Assembly (NCBI RefSeq): GCF_009914755.1 | Contig: NC_060947.1 | DNA: 64,000 bases | Source of the DNA: the human T2T-CHM13v2.0 reference genome, Homo sapiens | Direction: 5' to 3' (one strand) | In this document: positions 1 through 12,588 of the stretch, piece after piece | How the letters are laid out: the number at the start of each line of letters is the position of its first letter | How positions within the stretch are numbered: position 1 is the stretch's first letter | The notes under the pieces: generated by a model | Database searches by the model: none | What the model was told of the DNA's origin: nothing | Seen by the model: only the letters and a program-made list of their open reading frames with translations | Program-made: the position numbers and the translations under genes

Positions 1-2373
1 TAAAAAAAAAACTCTTATGAAACTTATGCAAATAACTATATTGTCATAAATATCAGAATACTCACGAACAGATTCAGAATTTTGGAGATAAATTTGCTCA
101 CAGAAATATATTTTATTCAATTGCTCTAAACTATAAATAATTCAGATGAAAAAAATTTACTTGACTCTAGTGTGGCAGCTTCCAAACAGGATGTCATTTG
201 TCAATCTTGGAACTGCTGTCCACAAGCCAAACAACTTTTGTTAGATGAGAGGTATCTATCAGGCACTGTAGAATCTAGCAGCTCCTCATATAGTAAGAAT
301 CAGTCCTAGAGGAAAGAGGCTCCTTGCTTATGAGTATTCTCCTCCTTGCATTCCCCAGGTAGTAAGATCCTATATAAAAAGGATTTGGGTCCCCAGCAGG
401 GGATTGGGCCAAGGGATTCAGGACCTTTTCTAAATCTTTATCTTAGTTGTCTCAACATTGCACCAGGCAATGTGAGCTTTCTCATAACCTTTGCCTTTTG
501 ACTTTTCTTAAATTTTCCAATCTGGGGCAAACAGTGTCTTAAGACCTTTGCTTTAACCACCTCAGCTTTTATTTTATCATTTCTTAATAACCATTCAAAT
601 ACTTTCATCACTCCCTTTTGCCTTTCCCATTTTTTAAAATTATCCTCAATGTTTTATTTAAGCATCTGCAAGACATATGAAGGACAGCAAATTTGATAAG
701 GCTACTCAAACAGTTGTATGATTCTGTGGAAGTAATGTTACCCAGAGTGCCCATGTAAAAGGCACCCCTTTAACCCCCAAATTTCCAATGACCTGAGTAA
801 TAGACATATTCAGCGGGAGAATATCCCAGACATGATAAAGCCAGTTCCACATGACTTGCATATGAAGCATATCAACTGCTTCATCTGGAGTACACCACTT
901 GGTATTTTATAGGGAGAGATGGATAGTCCCCTTATCAGGGTAAACAGATGTTACAGTGGTGTTTATCTGATCCATTAGGCTGGTTGTTCCCTCAGGAATA
1001 ATCTCCTGTGCATTTGGATCACATATACTCATCAGCAATTGTTTAATAGTGAGCACAACTGAAACACACTCTTTCATTCTGTACCATTTAAAATTAAGGA
1101 TTTTAATAATTATATAACTAGGATTACTTAATTTAAACATAACTTTTAGATTTTAAATTGCTAGAGAGAATTGAGATTAAATTCATCTTAAAGTAATTTT
1201 TTTTCAATCCATTATAGTAAATTTTTCTCAGGAAGCCGATGATACCAATCTACAAACTAGAAAAACTCTTTTACATTATACCCTTTTGTTTTAAGAGTTA
1301 CTTGGTTTTGACCTTTCCCCACATTGACTATCTTCATGGTAACCACAGGTCTCAGAGGTACCTTTTGTGGATAGCTTGGAGGCTTGTAGCCTGAGCTGGG
1401 ACAGAGCCACATCAGGTCTTGGTCTGGTCTTAAGGACCAAGCAAGTACTTTTTTACTCTTATTTTAACTATTACAGATAATAAACCAAGAGATTGAATAT
1501 TTTGCTTTTTACTTATTAGTTTGCACATCTGTAGGCATCCATTGAATGTGGGAGTATGATCCATCTCGAAATTCCACTGGCAACTTACCTTTAGTAACTG
1601 AATGCAGCCCAACTGCAGCTCCATATCGTGGGTGACCATGTGGCCACCCCAGAGTCAAGGATTCTCATCCCTCCATCTTTATATATTTCTCTCTATCCAT
1701 TTAGTTTTATTTATATAATTTTTTCTTTATTTTAAGGCATTTTTAAATAGTCTATTAAATTTTAAAAATTACATTTTCTTTAGCAAAATCTACATCCTTG
1801 TGTTTTTATAAACTTTAGCAAAAATACATTTTATTCTCCTACTACTTTATGTCTTAGTAATCCAAATTCCCAATGGAAAAAAAACAAACTAGGATTTCTT
1901 AACTTAAACATAACATGACTTCCAGATTTTAAATTACTGGAGAGAGAATTGAGATTAAATTTACCAAATTAATCTTCCCAAATATTACTAGTCATGTGAA
2001 CTACAAGGCATCTGACCTAGATTCTGTCAAATATGGTTAAGTATTAAATTCTTTAAGGCAATTGTTTAGAGCTCTTTCATACAGTTTGGTGTGAAACAGA
2101 ACTTGGACATGTCATATGTAAACATATAGACATAGCAGACATACAGAAAAAAGCAAATCCAAAACATTTTTAATTTGCTTGTTTTCAAAAATTCTCTCCC
2201 TTACTTTAGAGTATTAATTTAAAAACATTACAGGAGCCAACAAAAGTTGAAAGAGAAAGTTTCCATTCAAGGCCTTCTCAAAAGACAGAAGCAACTGAAG
2301 CAGCAGGGTACAACTTCTGAGATATCAATCTGAATAATTTGAAGAAGAAACATATTTAAAAATTTAAAAATTA

Positions 2374-2650
<277 letters not shown>

Positions 2651-3833
2651 TTAAAAATTAAAACTTCTTGCATTAAGAGTAACAATATTTTTAATAAAAT
2701 CTTGTTCTCACCCATCCTTCAGTTTTATATGTGTATTTTTAATATGAAAGTCCAATTTTTAGAAAAATTATAATTTATTTCAATTATAGCCTCCATAATC
2801 ACATAACATTTTTATAAATTTCTTTTATACTGATCTTATTACAACTTATAGAAACCATTCCTAACATGCTTGGACTTTCTGGTCACTAAATATCCATCTT
2901 TCTTGAACAACCCAGTCCCTTTTACTTTAGGAGAAAAAATTCACCATATAAAATTCTTTCTCATATAAAACTACTTTTCCTTTAAGCTTTATTATCAAAA
3001 ATACCTTTTTATGTCTATAATTTTCTTTACATCTTTCTTATTTCCTGGTTCTTTTTACCTGGTTTTATATATAACCTTTAAATAAGCTCTGAATTAGACA
3101 AAAATTATTTACTTTTTAATAAGAACACATTTTTAGAAAGAATGTTTTCTTATACTGTAAGTTTATTTTTTAAATTGGAAAATAACCTGTCATTTAATGA
3201 AATGTCTATTATTTAATTTAACTTTAGATTCTAAATTATGACAAGTTCATTTACAATTAATTTCATTTACCTAATTATGTTATTTTAATAATTTAGCTAG
3301 ATTATTTATAAAAACTGTGATAGTCATCATCTAAAATTATGTTCCTGTCTACCATTTTTATAGCCTGTGAATTTCAGGTGTTTATCTGAGTAAGATAAGC
3401 TCAGGATTAAATATGTGCTTATTTTACAAATAATTCAAGACGTAGCTGTTTCTATGAAACCAACAATATTAAATGTCTTATTTATCAAACATCACACAAG
3501 CAAAGATCATTCTGTTTTGGGCTGGGTTTACAGCTTTATAACTCTTATGCCAAATTTTGACACTATAGTATTTGACAGGGATAAGTATGAAATTGATTAA
3601 TAAATGCAAACACAAAAGTATGTTGACAATTCTTAAGACATTTCTAATATTACTTTACCAACAATTTTAAAGCCAGTTTATTAAATATTTTACTTAAGTC
3701 ATGTGAGCTTGAAAATCATTTGAGCTTATTAATTAATTAATGAATGCTTTTTAACTTTAAGCCAATTCACTACCTTGTGGCCAAAAACACACAGTAAAAT
3801 AATTGTAAATACACTTAAACACACACATACAAA

Positions 3834-4533
3834 TGAAGCAAAATACAGTCACTGGAGCAGTCTTGATGTCTGAGGTATTACCCAGAGTTGTTTGCCTCAC
3901 AACCCAGAAAATTAAGGAGCGTAGACACCAAGGGTGAGGTTGGCGCAAATGTTTAATAAGTGAGAGAGGAAAGCTCTCCACAGCAGAGGGGTGTCTGGGA
4001 GGGTTGCTGTTTCACACTTCAATACAAAAACTTATAAACAAGCTAAGGGAGCACATTTGCATAGGGCACAAAAAAACATTTAGGGCTGGGTGTCTTATTT
4101 GCATAAGGTGCAAATTCTTGTTAGCTCCACCCCATTCCTCTAGTGCATATGTGGGTCCTTAGCCTGAGTTACTACGTATTGTTTTATTTTCCTTACTGCA
4201 CATGGATCAGGAGATGGAATTTTCCACTGTGGACATGTCTGACTCTATGTAACCTTTTTTATCTACACAATTGCAGGCCAGTCTTAGGCAAGCCCCCTTG
4301 TGCAAATTCCCTTATCTGTGTATGCCCAAAAAGGAAAGGAATGTGCTCACTGAAGCCCACCATGTATAGGCAGAGCTCGCTGGTTGCACAAAAAAACAAA
4401 AGTGTTGACCCCTGCTTACTTATCTGTGCTTGCAGCTTGATTTATTCCAGGCTGCTCTTTTATTGGAGGGACTTCTACTGGTAGCCCCGTCCTAACTATC
4501 TGCCTAATCAGTTCCTTCCTGTCTCCTCTCTCA
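3834..4533 (-). mobile_element. ERV1-class solo LTR (subfamily not resolved) nested in the ERV internal region
   Basis: TG...CA termini; perfect 4 bp TSD caaa (3830-3833, 4534-4537); minus strand begins TGAGAGAGGAGACAGGAAGG. Confidence 0.8.
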
Positions 4534-4937
4534 CAAATTTATGCAAACAAGGATTCTATAGCTTTTCTTTCAAACTCTGATGAGATTAGTAAAAACTCAC
4601 CCTTTTGCCAGAACAATAACAACAATAAATGCTTAGATGCACACAGTGTATTTTATCTCAACAGAAAAGTAATAGCAGATATAATGCAGACAGAAAACAG
4701 AGAGATAGAGAACTTAGGAACTTTATAGTTGCAGGTCAACCTTTGGCCTCTGGATTTTCCTTGATGTAATTTGACCATCAGTTTAACATGTGCACAAGAA
4801 CAGACCTAATGTGTAACCAGCTGGAGTATTAGAAAACCTGGCACTTCCTTCCATTTACACAATCACAAATTGAGTCGCTGTAAAAACAAATGGGGTACCT
4901 GAAAATGCGTCATTCTCCTTGTCTTTCCTCATTATCA

Positions 4938-5538
4938 TGTAAACCAAAAATAAAATAAAATTCTAAGCCCCTCCCAACCGTCTGAATGAACTTCCTCCTC
5001 AGCCAGGGCTCTTAAAATTTAACCTGAAAGACTGGTTTAGGCCATGAAGGCAAGTGGGGATCAGACAAGCCTCATTATACCTCTCTGGCATTAACATCGA
5101 TACAGACTTTAAGTCTGATAAGAAATATTTCACATCCTATTCTCTCTGAAGCCTGCTAGCTAAAAGCTTGATCTGCATAGTGAAACTTTCGTCCCTACCA
5201 CCTCTTATCACAACCCAGACATTCCTTTATATTGATCCCAGGTCTTTAGACAAACTCAACCAATTGTCAACCAGAAAATGTTTAAATTTACCTATAGCCT
5301 GGAAGGCCCCCTGCTTCGAGTTGTCCTGCCTTTCTGGACCAAACCAATGTATTTCTTAAATGTATCTGATGGATGTCTCATGCCTCCCTAAAATGTATAA
5401 AACCAAGCTGCACCCCGACCACTTTGAACACATGTTCTTAGGATCTCCTGAAGGCTGTGTCATGGCCATGGTCACTTATATTTGGCTCAGTATAAATCTC
5501 TTCAAATATTTTACAGAGTTTGACTCTTTTCATTGATA
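4938..5538 (+). mobile_element. MER4 (MER4A-like) solo LTR, opposite in orientation to the host provirus
   Basis: Starts tgtaaaccaaaaataaaataaaattctaagcccc; TATA-like gtataaaa ~5395; ends tgactcttttcattgata. Confidence 0.85.
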
Positions 5539-6803
5539 CGTAGATTATTTGTTTCCCACTTTTCTTAATGGAAAAACTGAGCTGTGGCTTAAGGTTTACT
5601 GTTGTTGATCAAGATGTGCTGATTGTGGTTGGGACTCCATAGTTTGTCACCATTGACTCATTTCTGCCTTCTTATGTGCCTCAGTTTCTTTCTCCAGAGG
5701 TCTAGCCCCTCCAAGAGACCTCGAAATGCAGTGTGACCAGCTCCTGTGTGTTTCCTGGATGAGGCTTTTAAAAATAATTTTGTTGGGTGTTCCCTGTGAG
5801 ACCACTGCATGTTGCAGTGGGTCAATCTCCCAGACATTCCCACTGGGCCCCCAGTCACCAAGGAGTGCCTTTCAGTTGTGAGGAGCAAAATGTCCTTTCT
5901 TTTTGGGACACGCATGACAATTGAAACTCCACAATGAAAACAGAACACTCCAAAAAGGGTTAGTGGCCCCTCTGTTCTGAGTTCTTTAAGGGGTTCAAGT
6001 CATTAGAAACCTTCTCTCTATATGTTTTTGGTACTGAAAATGGTAAAAGGGGAAGGAGAAATAGGGTGGAAGAAAAGTAAACAAAAGAACTATTTTTTTT
6101 TTAAAGAAAGGAAACAAACACAGAAATCAAGTGCATTTTTGTTAGTTTTTTACAGCTGCAAGGAATTTTAGCCAATTCAGGGACCTTGTTCCCCATAATT
6201 TGGAATTCTCATTCAGATTTGACCAAGTCACGCAGGGTTGGTCAAATCCAATGGGAGAAAGGCCAGACCAACAACAACAAAAATCCCGACAATATGATTA
6301 CTGAGCACTCTAATGGTTAGGAGAAATTAAGACCAACTGGTTGTCCATTTTAACTTTTAGTCATGAAGGAGAATTTCCAAGACCAAAAAAAAACCAATTT
6401 AGCTACTTACCTAGGCATGGGCCCCAACTAAAGACCGTTCTCTACTATCTTTGAAGCAGGAAAGAAAAAAAACTCAAACTCCCCTCCCTGTTGGAAATTA
6501 GCTGAAACTCCAGAGAGGAGTTCTCTATTCTCTATCATCATGGAAGCAGGAAAACTTGCCTTCCTGTTGGAAGCAAATAAAAACTCCAGAAAATGAATTG
6601 TACAGCAAAATAAACTGTAGATCTTGACCAAATTTGGGGAGATGATGGATTCTCTGGAAGTGGTGGGGGGAGCTCCCAGACCTCTGCAAATTGTCCTATT
6701 GGTTTGAGACTTAAAGATAGCTCAAGCTGGTACCAAACAACAATAGGAGATTTGTCAAAAGTCAGTGGAAGCTCCACTCAGACTTCCTTAATGGTTATCC
6801 ATT

Positions 6804-7715
6804 TGTAAACCAAAAGTGTCTGAGACATGTCTCAATCAATTTAGAAAGTTTATTTTGCCCAGGTTAAAGATGTGCCCCTGATAGCCTCAGAATGTCTGAT
6901 GACATGTGCCCAAGGTGGTCAAGGTACAGCTTACTTTTATACCTTTTAGGGAGACATAATACATCAATCAATACCTAAAAGATGTACATTGGTTCAATCT
7001 GGAAAGGTGGGCCAATTTGAAGTGGGGACTTCCAGGTTATAGGTCGATTTATCTGATTGACAATTGGTTGAGTTATTATCTAAAGACCTGGAATCAGTAG
7101 AAAGGAATGTCTGGGTTATGATGATAAAGGGGTTGTGAAGACCAAAGTTTTATCACACAAAAGAAGCCTCCAGGTAGCAGCCTTCAGAGATAATAGATTG
7201 TAAATGCTTTAAAATCAGACTTAAAGGCTGTGTTGTTGTTAATACTGACTGGCTTTTCCTGAATTCCAAAAGGCAGGAAGGTCTGATGTCCCCTTCACAT
7301 AATGACCTGAACTAGTGAACTAGTTATTTTGTTTTTGTTTTTGAGACAGGGTCTCACTGTGTCACTCAGGCTGGTTAGTGCAGTGGTGCAATCTTGTCTA
7401 ACTGCAACCTTTAGGCTCAAGTGATTCTCCCACTTCAGCCTCCTGAGTTGGGACTACAGGCATTCACCACCCCTTCCTGCTAACTTTTGTATTTTTTGTA
7501 GAGACAGGGTTTCACCATGTTGCCCAGGCTGGTCTCAAACTCCTGAGCTCAAGCAGTCTGCATGACATGGCCTCCCAAAGCACTGGGATTACAGGTGTGA
7601 GCCATTGTACCCAGCCCATGAACTAGTTTTTCAGGTTAACTTTGGAATGCTCTTGGCTGAGAGGAGGGGTCCATTCAGGTGGTTGGAGTGCTTAGAATTT
7701 TGTTTTTGGCTTATA
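6804..7715 (-). mobile_element. MER4-family LTR (5' LTR of the provirus), split by an AluJ
   Basis: Reverse-complement similarity to the 4938 LTR at its right end; MER4 motif tgtaaaccaaaagtgtctgagac at its left end. Confidence 0.85.
7326..7616 (-). mobile_element. AluJ-like
   Basis: gagacagggtctcact...ctcctgagctcaagc (J-type diagnostics); TSD tgaactagtt on both sides. Confidence 0.9.
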
Positions 7716-7729
7716 TTTTTAAAATAAGC

Positions 7730-9020
7730 ATGGTTGGGATACTCAATGACATAAGGACTATGCTTATTCTAAAAATTATAAAAATATTACACAAAAATAG
7801 CAATAAAATATTAAAGAAGTTACAGGTTGAATATATAATATAAAATAGTTTGAATATGATAAAGAATCAAATCAAATTGAAATATGGGAAGCAAAAATAT
7901 CATTAAAATAAAAAATCAATGGGTAGGGTAAACTATAAATGCAGCAGGACGAGCCACAGACAAAACCTCTCAGACACCGAGTTGTAGAAGGAAGGGCTTT
8001 ATTCAGCTGGGAGCATTGGCAAGCTACTGCCTTAAAATCCAAGCTCCCCGAATGCACAATTTCTGTCCCCTTTAAGGGCTCACAACACTAAAGATTTCAC
8101 AGAAAGGGTCATGATTGATTTGAGCAAGCAGGGGGTACGTGACAGGGGCTGCATGCACCAGTGGTCAGAGTGAAACAGAACAGGGCAGGGAGTTTCACAA
8201 TGTTCTTCTACACAATGTCTGGAATCTATGAATAACATCGGTTTCTAAGTTATGAGTTGATTTTTAACTACTGGGGTTAGGCCAGGCAGGCCCAGGCCTG
8301 GTTTTGGGCCTGGCGCCAGGCTGCCTGTCTTTGGTTTTACTTCCTTGTTTTTTTCTTAAAACAGGTACTGAGTATAAAACAGTATGAGAGGGTCTCTCTC
8401 TTCCCTCAGAAACAGAACACCACTGAACACATATATTACTGACTTTGAAGATAGCATTCAACACTTCATCTGCTAAGCAGAAAAGAAAAAAATAGGCAAA
8501 ATACAAGCAGTTAAGATACCCATAAGGTCTATTCAGACCTTTTAACTTAAACTTCAATAACTATTATCTAGAAATATTTGTTTTAGAATATAAAGAATGC
8601 AGGCAATGGCAGGGAAGGAAGATTTGATAAGATATTAGCTGAGAATTTTCTAACACTGAAGAAAGACATATTAAAATTAACACTGCACTTTGAGTACCAA
8701 CCAGGGTAATAATAATAATAATAATAAAATGATAGCATAATAGATCCATAGCTAGATATATAATACAAAAATTTCAGGAAAACGACAATTTAAAAAAGTC
8801 TTAAAGGTTACAAGAAAGAAAATTCTGTTTATCTAAACATGAATGACAATTTCACAAATAGTATATATCTCATTATCAACAAGAAAGGCCAGGGAAAATG
8901 GGATAATAGCTTCAAAGTGGCAAGAAGAGAATTCCACACCAGTGAAATTTAATTTAAAAAGTAAGGGAATATAGGATGCTTTTAGAAATAAAAAGACTAA
9001 ATGAACTTGTTGCAAACCTT
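7730..9020 (+). mobile_element. Old L1M ORF1-region remnant, split by LTR2B
   Basis: A-rich, with L1 ORF1-like motifs such as gctgagaattttctaacactgaagaaagac. Confidence 0.5.
7940..8408 (-). mobile_element. LTR2B solo LTR (HERV-E/Harlequin group)
   Basis: Minus strand TGAGGGAAGAGAGAGACCCTCTCATA...GGCAGCCTGGCGCCAGGCCC...; near full length; 4 bp flanks taaa/gaaa. Confidence 0.85.
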
Positions 9021-9404
9021 TACAACATTGACTTCATTTGTAAGAAAGATTCTAAATGAATGCCATTTTTTCCTTCCTGTGAGTGAATTTCAATAAGGAG
9101 TTTACAAGAAGGTTTGCTAGTACTCAAAACTTTCCTTGGGCTCCTCAAAATTTTTTTCCTTCCCAGGGGTAATTACCCCAAGTTGTCCAGTCTGTTCTCA
9201 GGACCTATGCCTTGGTGTGGTTGGTTCAGTGGGGAAAGGATCCCTGACTGAGTTACCCCCACCTCAGGTGCAGAATTTAGACATTTCTCTCACTAACCAG
9301 ATTCTTTTCTGTTTACATTCATGCCTCTTTTTCTGTCTGTTTGTTGTCTTTAAATTTTCATTTTTCAGAATTGTTTCTATGCCTCCCTTCTCTTACTCAA
9401 TATT

Positions 9405-9580
9405 TTGTCTTAACATGTGAACCTTGGAATCACCTGGAGCACTTGTTAAAATGTATCTTACTACATCTAGCCAAACATATATTAAATTAGCATGAGGAAG
9501 AATGAAACTTATAAATCTGCTTTTTTAGCAATCAATGAAGATAATTCTAATTTATACTAGAGTTTGAGAGGTACTACTTT
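9405..9580. mobile_element. MER5-like hAT MITE remnant
   Basis: ggaatcacctggagcacttgttaaaatg...agagtttgagag motifs. Confidence 0.55.
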
Positions 9581-9951
9581 TATAAACTTTTAGCATTCTC
9601 ATGTATAGCTCTGCTTTTGACTAATAACAATTCATTGAGTCATAAAATTTATATCAAAATCAAACCTTTGTTTTCAGTTCCATATGAATATATTCACATG
9701 CTAATTGGTCATTTCAATATAAATGTCCGATTGACCTAAAGTTAGTGCATCCAAATTTGAATCCATTTCCTTAGCCCTTTATTTATTGTTGTTGCTGAGC
9801 AAAATCTGAGTCACTTTAAAGTTTTCTCTTTCCACATACATTTGTTTCCACATTTTCTGTCATTCCCAAGGCCATCTATCCTGAGCTAGAGCCATTGCTT
9901 ACTAGCCTCTACACATGTCCTGTTCTGTCACATTTTTGTACTTTTGCACAC

Positions 9952-10822
9952 TGTGTTATTATAAGAAAAAAAAAAAACATACTTTGTTTCTGCCCCTGGT
10001 TCCTGACATGCAACTCCTAAAACCATTGGAATCTCTTAAGTGATAAGAGTGCTTTTGGTATGCTAATGAGATGACAGGTGGCTGGGGCCCCCTAAGTAGC
10101 TTTAGGATGTGGGCTTGTCACCAGAAAGACCAGGGCATGATTAAAGGGTTGAGACTTTCAACCCCATCCCCCAAACTCCAGGGAGGGAAGAGGGGCTGAA
10201 GGTTGATCACCAATGGCCAATGATGTAATCAGCCAGGCATACATAATGAAGCTTCTATAAAAACACAAAAAGACAGCATTCAAAAAACTTCCAGGTTACT
10301 GACGGCATGGAGATTCTTGGAGGGTAGTGTACCTGGAGACAGCATGGAAGTGCCATGCCCCTTCCCACTAAACTCTATACATTGCCCTCTGTATCTTTTC
10401 CTTCTGTCTGTTCATTTATTTCCTTTGTAATATCCTTTATAACAAACTGGTAAATACATGTTTCCCTGAGTTCTGTGAGTCTAGCAAATCAATAGGATCT
10501 GAGGAGGCTGTTATGAGAACGCCAACATACAGCCAATCAGTCAGAAGCACAAGTCACAACCTGGGGCTATCGATTAGCATCTAAAGTTGGGGGGTGCCAT
10601 CTTGTGGGAGTGAGCCAATAACCTGTGGGACTGACTCTAAGCCCAAGTAGATAGTGTCTTAATTGAGTTAAATTAGAGGACAACCAGTTTTGTCTGCTGA
10701 GAATTGCTAGGTATGTGGGGAAAAATCACCACCAGAGAAATCTGGTGTCAGAAGCGTTGTGTAGTGTGATGTGTGAGAGTAGGAAAAGCACTTTGTTGTT
10801 GTTTTTTCCTGTTTCTTAGTAC
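9952..10822 (+). mobile_element. MER21 LTR
   Basis: ctgcccctggttcctgaca...tgataagagtg...tatgctaatgagatgac; tttccctgagttctgtgag; tctggtgtcagaag. Confidence 0.8.
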
Positions 10823-10999
10823 GCATGATCCTCCTCCCAGTCTCAGATGTCTTAGGCTTCTTCTATACTTGAATATTCCAATTCCGTTAATTTCCTGGTA
10901 AAATATAACCTCCTCCTTGAGGCCTTTTCTTTCTCCTCAGCCAGGTCCCCACCCCTATATTTCCATACCAAAACCAGTTACAACACTTTCCATGGTCTT

Positions 11000-11162
11000 A
11001 AAACTACTTGTTTACATCTTTCTTCCCTATCAGTCAGGGAGCCCTTGTAGGAAAGATCTAGCAATCAGGGTTCATTTGTCTTTGTATCTCAAAGTTGAGT
11101 ATAGAACATAGTTCAGAGCTCAGCACCTGTTTAAATAAGGGCATAAACGCATGAGTGAATTG
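11000..11162 (+). mobile_element. L2 3' end remnant
   Basis: cttgtttacatctttcttccc...tttgtatctc...gagtgaat tail. Confidence 0.45.
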
Positions 11163-11495
11163 ACAGACATTTGACCAAGGTTCAGAAAATCTGCAACCAA
11201 ATTCCAAATCAGCGTATGTAATTTTTACGATGCAATAATTTTCTGTACTTGAATTATTTTCCAACACCTTTGGATTCTTAGGATAAAACAAAATATAAAA
11301 AAGAGTAGTCTTGCATTCAGATTTTCAGAAGATTTAATTGATTTTACATTGCTCTACAGATAATCATAGGAACTAGGACTACAGCTATGTAAAACTTGAC
11401 ATTCTAAGCAATGTTTTCACAAGAAAATGAAAACAATAAAAACTGCCTGAGAAACATGTTAAACTTCTTATCAAATTTAAAACCTCTTCCAATAA

Positions 11496-12010
11496 ACAAT
11501 GGAATACTCTTCAGCTACAAAAAAGAATGAAATACTATTATTTGCAGCAACATGGATGAGCCTGGCGGAATTATTATGTTGAGTGAAATATATCAAGCAC
11601 AGAAACATAAATACCATAAATACAGCATGTTCTCACTCATATATTGGAGTTTAAAAAATGAGCTCATTGAAGTAGAGAGTAGAACTGCAGTTATTAAAAG
11701 CTAAGAAGGGAAAGGGAGGAAGATGGGCAGAGGTTGGTTAGGGAATACAAAATTAAAGCTAGATAAGATAAATCAGTTCTAGAGTCCTGTAGCACTGTAG
11801 GGTGAATATTATAAACTATAATTTATTGTATATTTTCAGAAAGCTAGAAGACACGATATTGAATATTCATAACACAAAGAAATAATAAATGAGGTGACAT
11901 ATGTGCTAATTATCCGGATTTGATCATTATACATTGTATACACATATTGAAATATCATCCTGTATCTCATAAATATGTATAATTATTATCTGTCAACTAA
12001 AAATAAAAAG
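11496..12010 (+). mobile_element. L1MA 3' end
   Basis: caatggaatactcttcagc...tttgcagcaacatggatg...tttgatcattatacattgtatac...aataaaa. Confidence 0.9.
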
Positions 12011-12588
12011 GAAATATGTAGATGGGAAAATACCATAAAAAACAGCTAAGGGAGTGGAAAAATAATTGTCTCTAGAAATGGACCAGGAGGAGAGGAGCAG
12101 TAACTAATATTTTGTTATACATATTTTATAATCTGACTTTTAAAATATGTACTTATGTTACTTTGAAATGATAAAACTAATGTTTTAAATGAAAAAAAAA
12201 TAGTACACAGTTGGTAATGGGGAGTAGAGAGTTTGACACTGTGGCCTTGTCCCTTATGTTTTCTTGACACCTTTGGGTGTCTTGTGAATTCAGTCTGTAA
12301 GTCCTGAGGATTCAGATATTTCTTGATATCTGGTTCCACTGGAGGCCATTTCAGACAGATAAATATAAAATTTTTAAACCAGAAAAAATATACAGTCAAA
12401 ATACTCTAAAAACATTGAGAGTTATTTGCAACATGGTCCTGATAATGGATAGGACTTGGGAGAGTGTTTCAAAATAAATATTAAGTAGAATAGCATGTAC
12501 TTCAAATTTCTACTAGCAGAAAGAGGAATCAAGAATAATCCCCCAAACCTAGTAGTTGTCACCTTTTTAGAATTATGATATTGGTTAA

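Noticed and set aside
4143-4484. 113 aa Cys-rich ORF
   Set aside because: Lies entirely within an LTR, on its antisense strand, and starts at GTG.
9010-9120. gcaaacctt...aaggtttgc short inverted match
   Set aside because: Only 9 bp; could be chance or an unrecognisable MITE.
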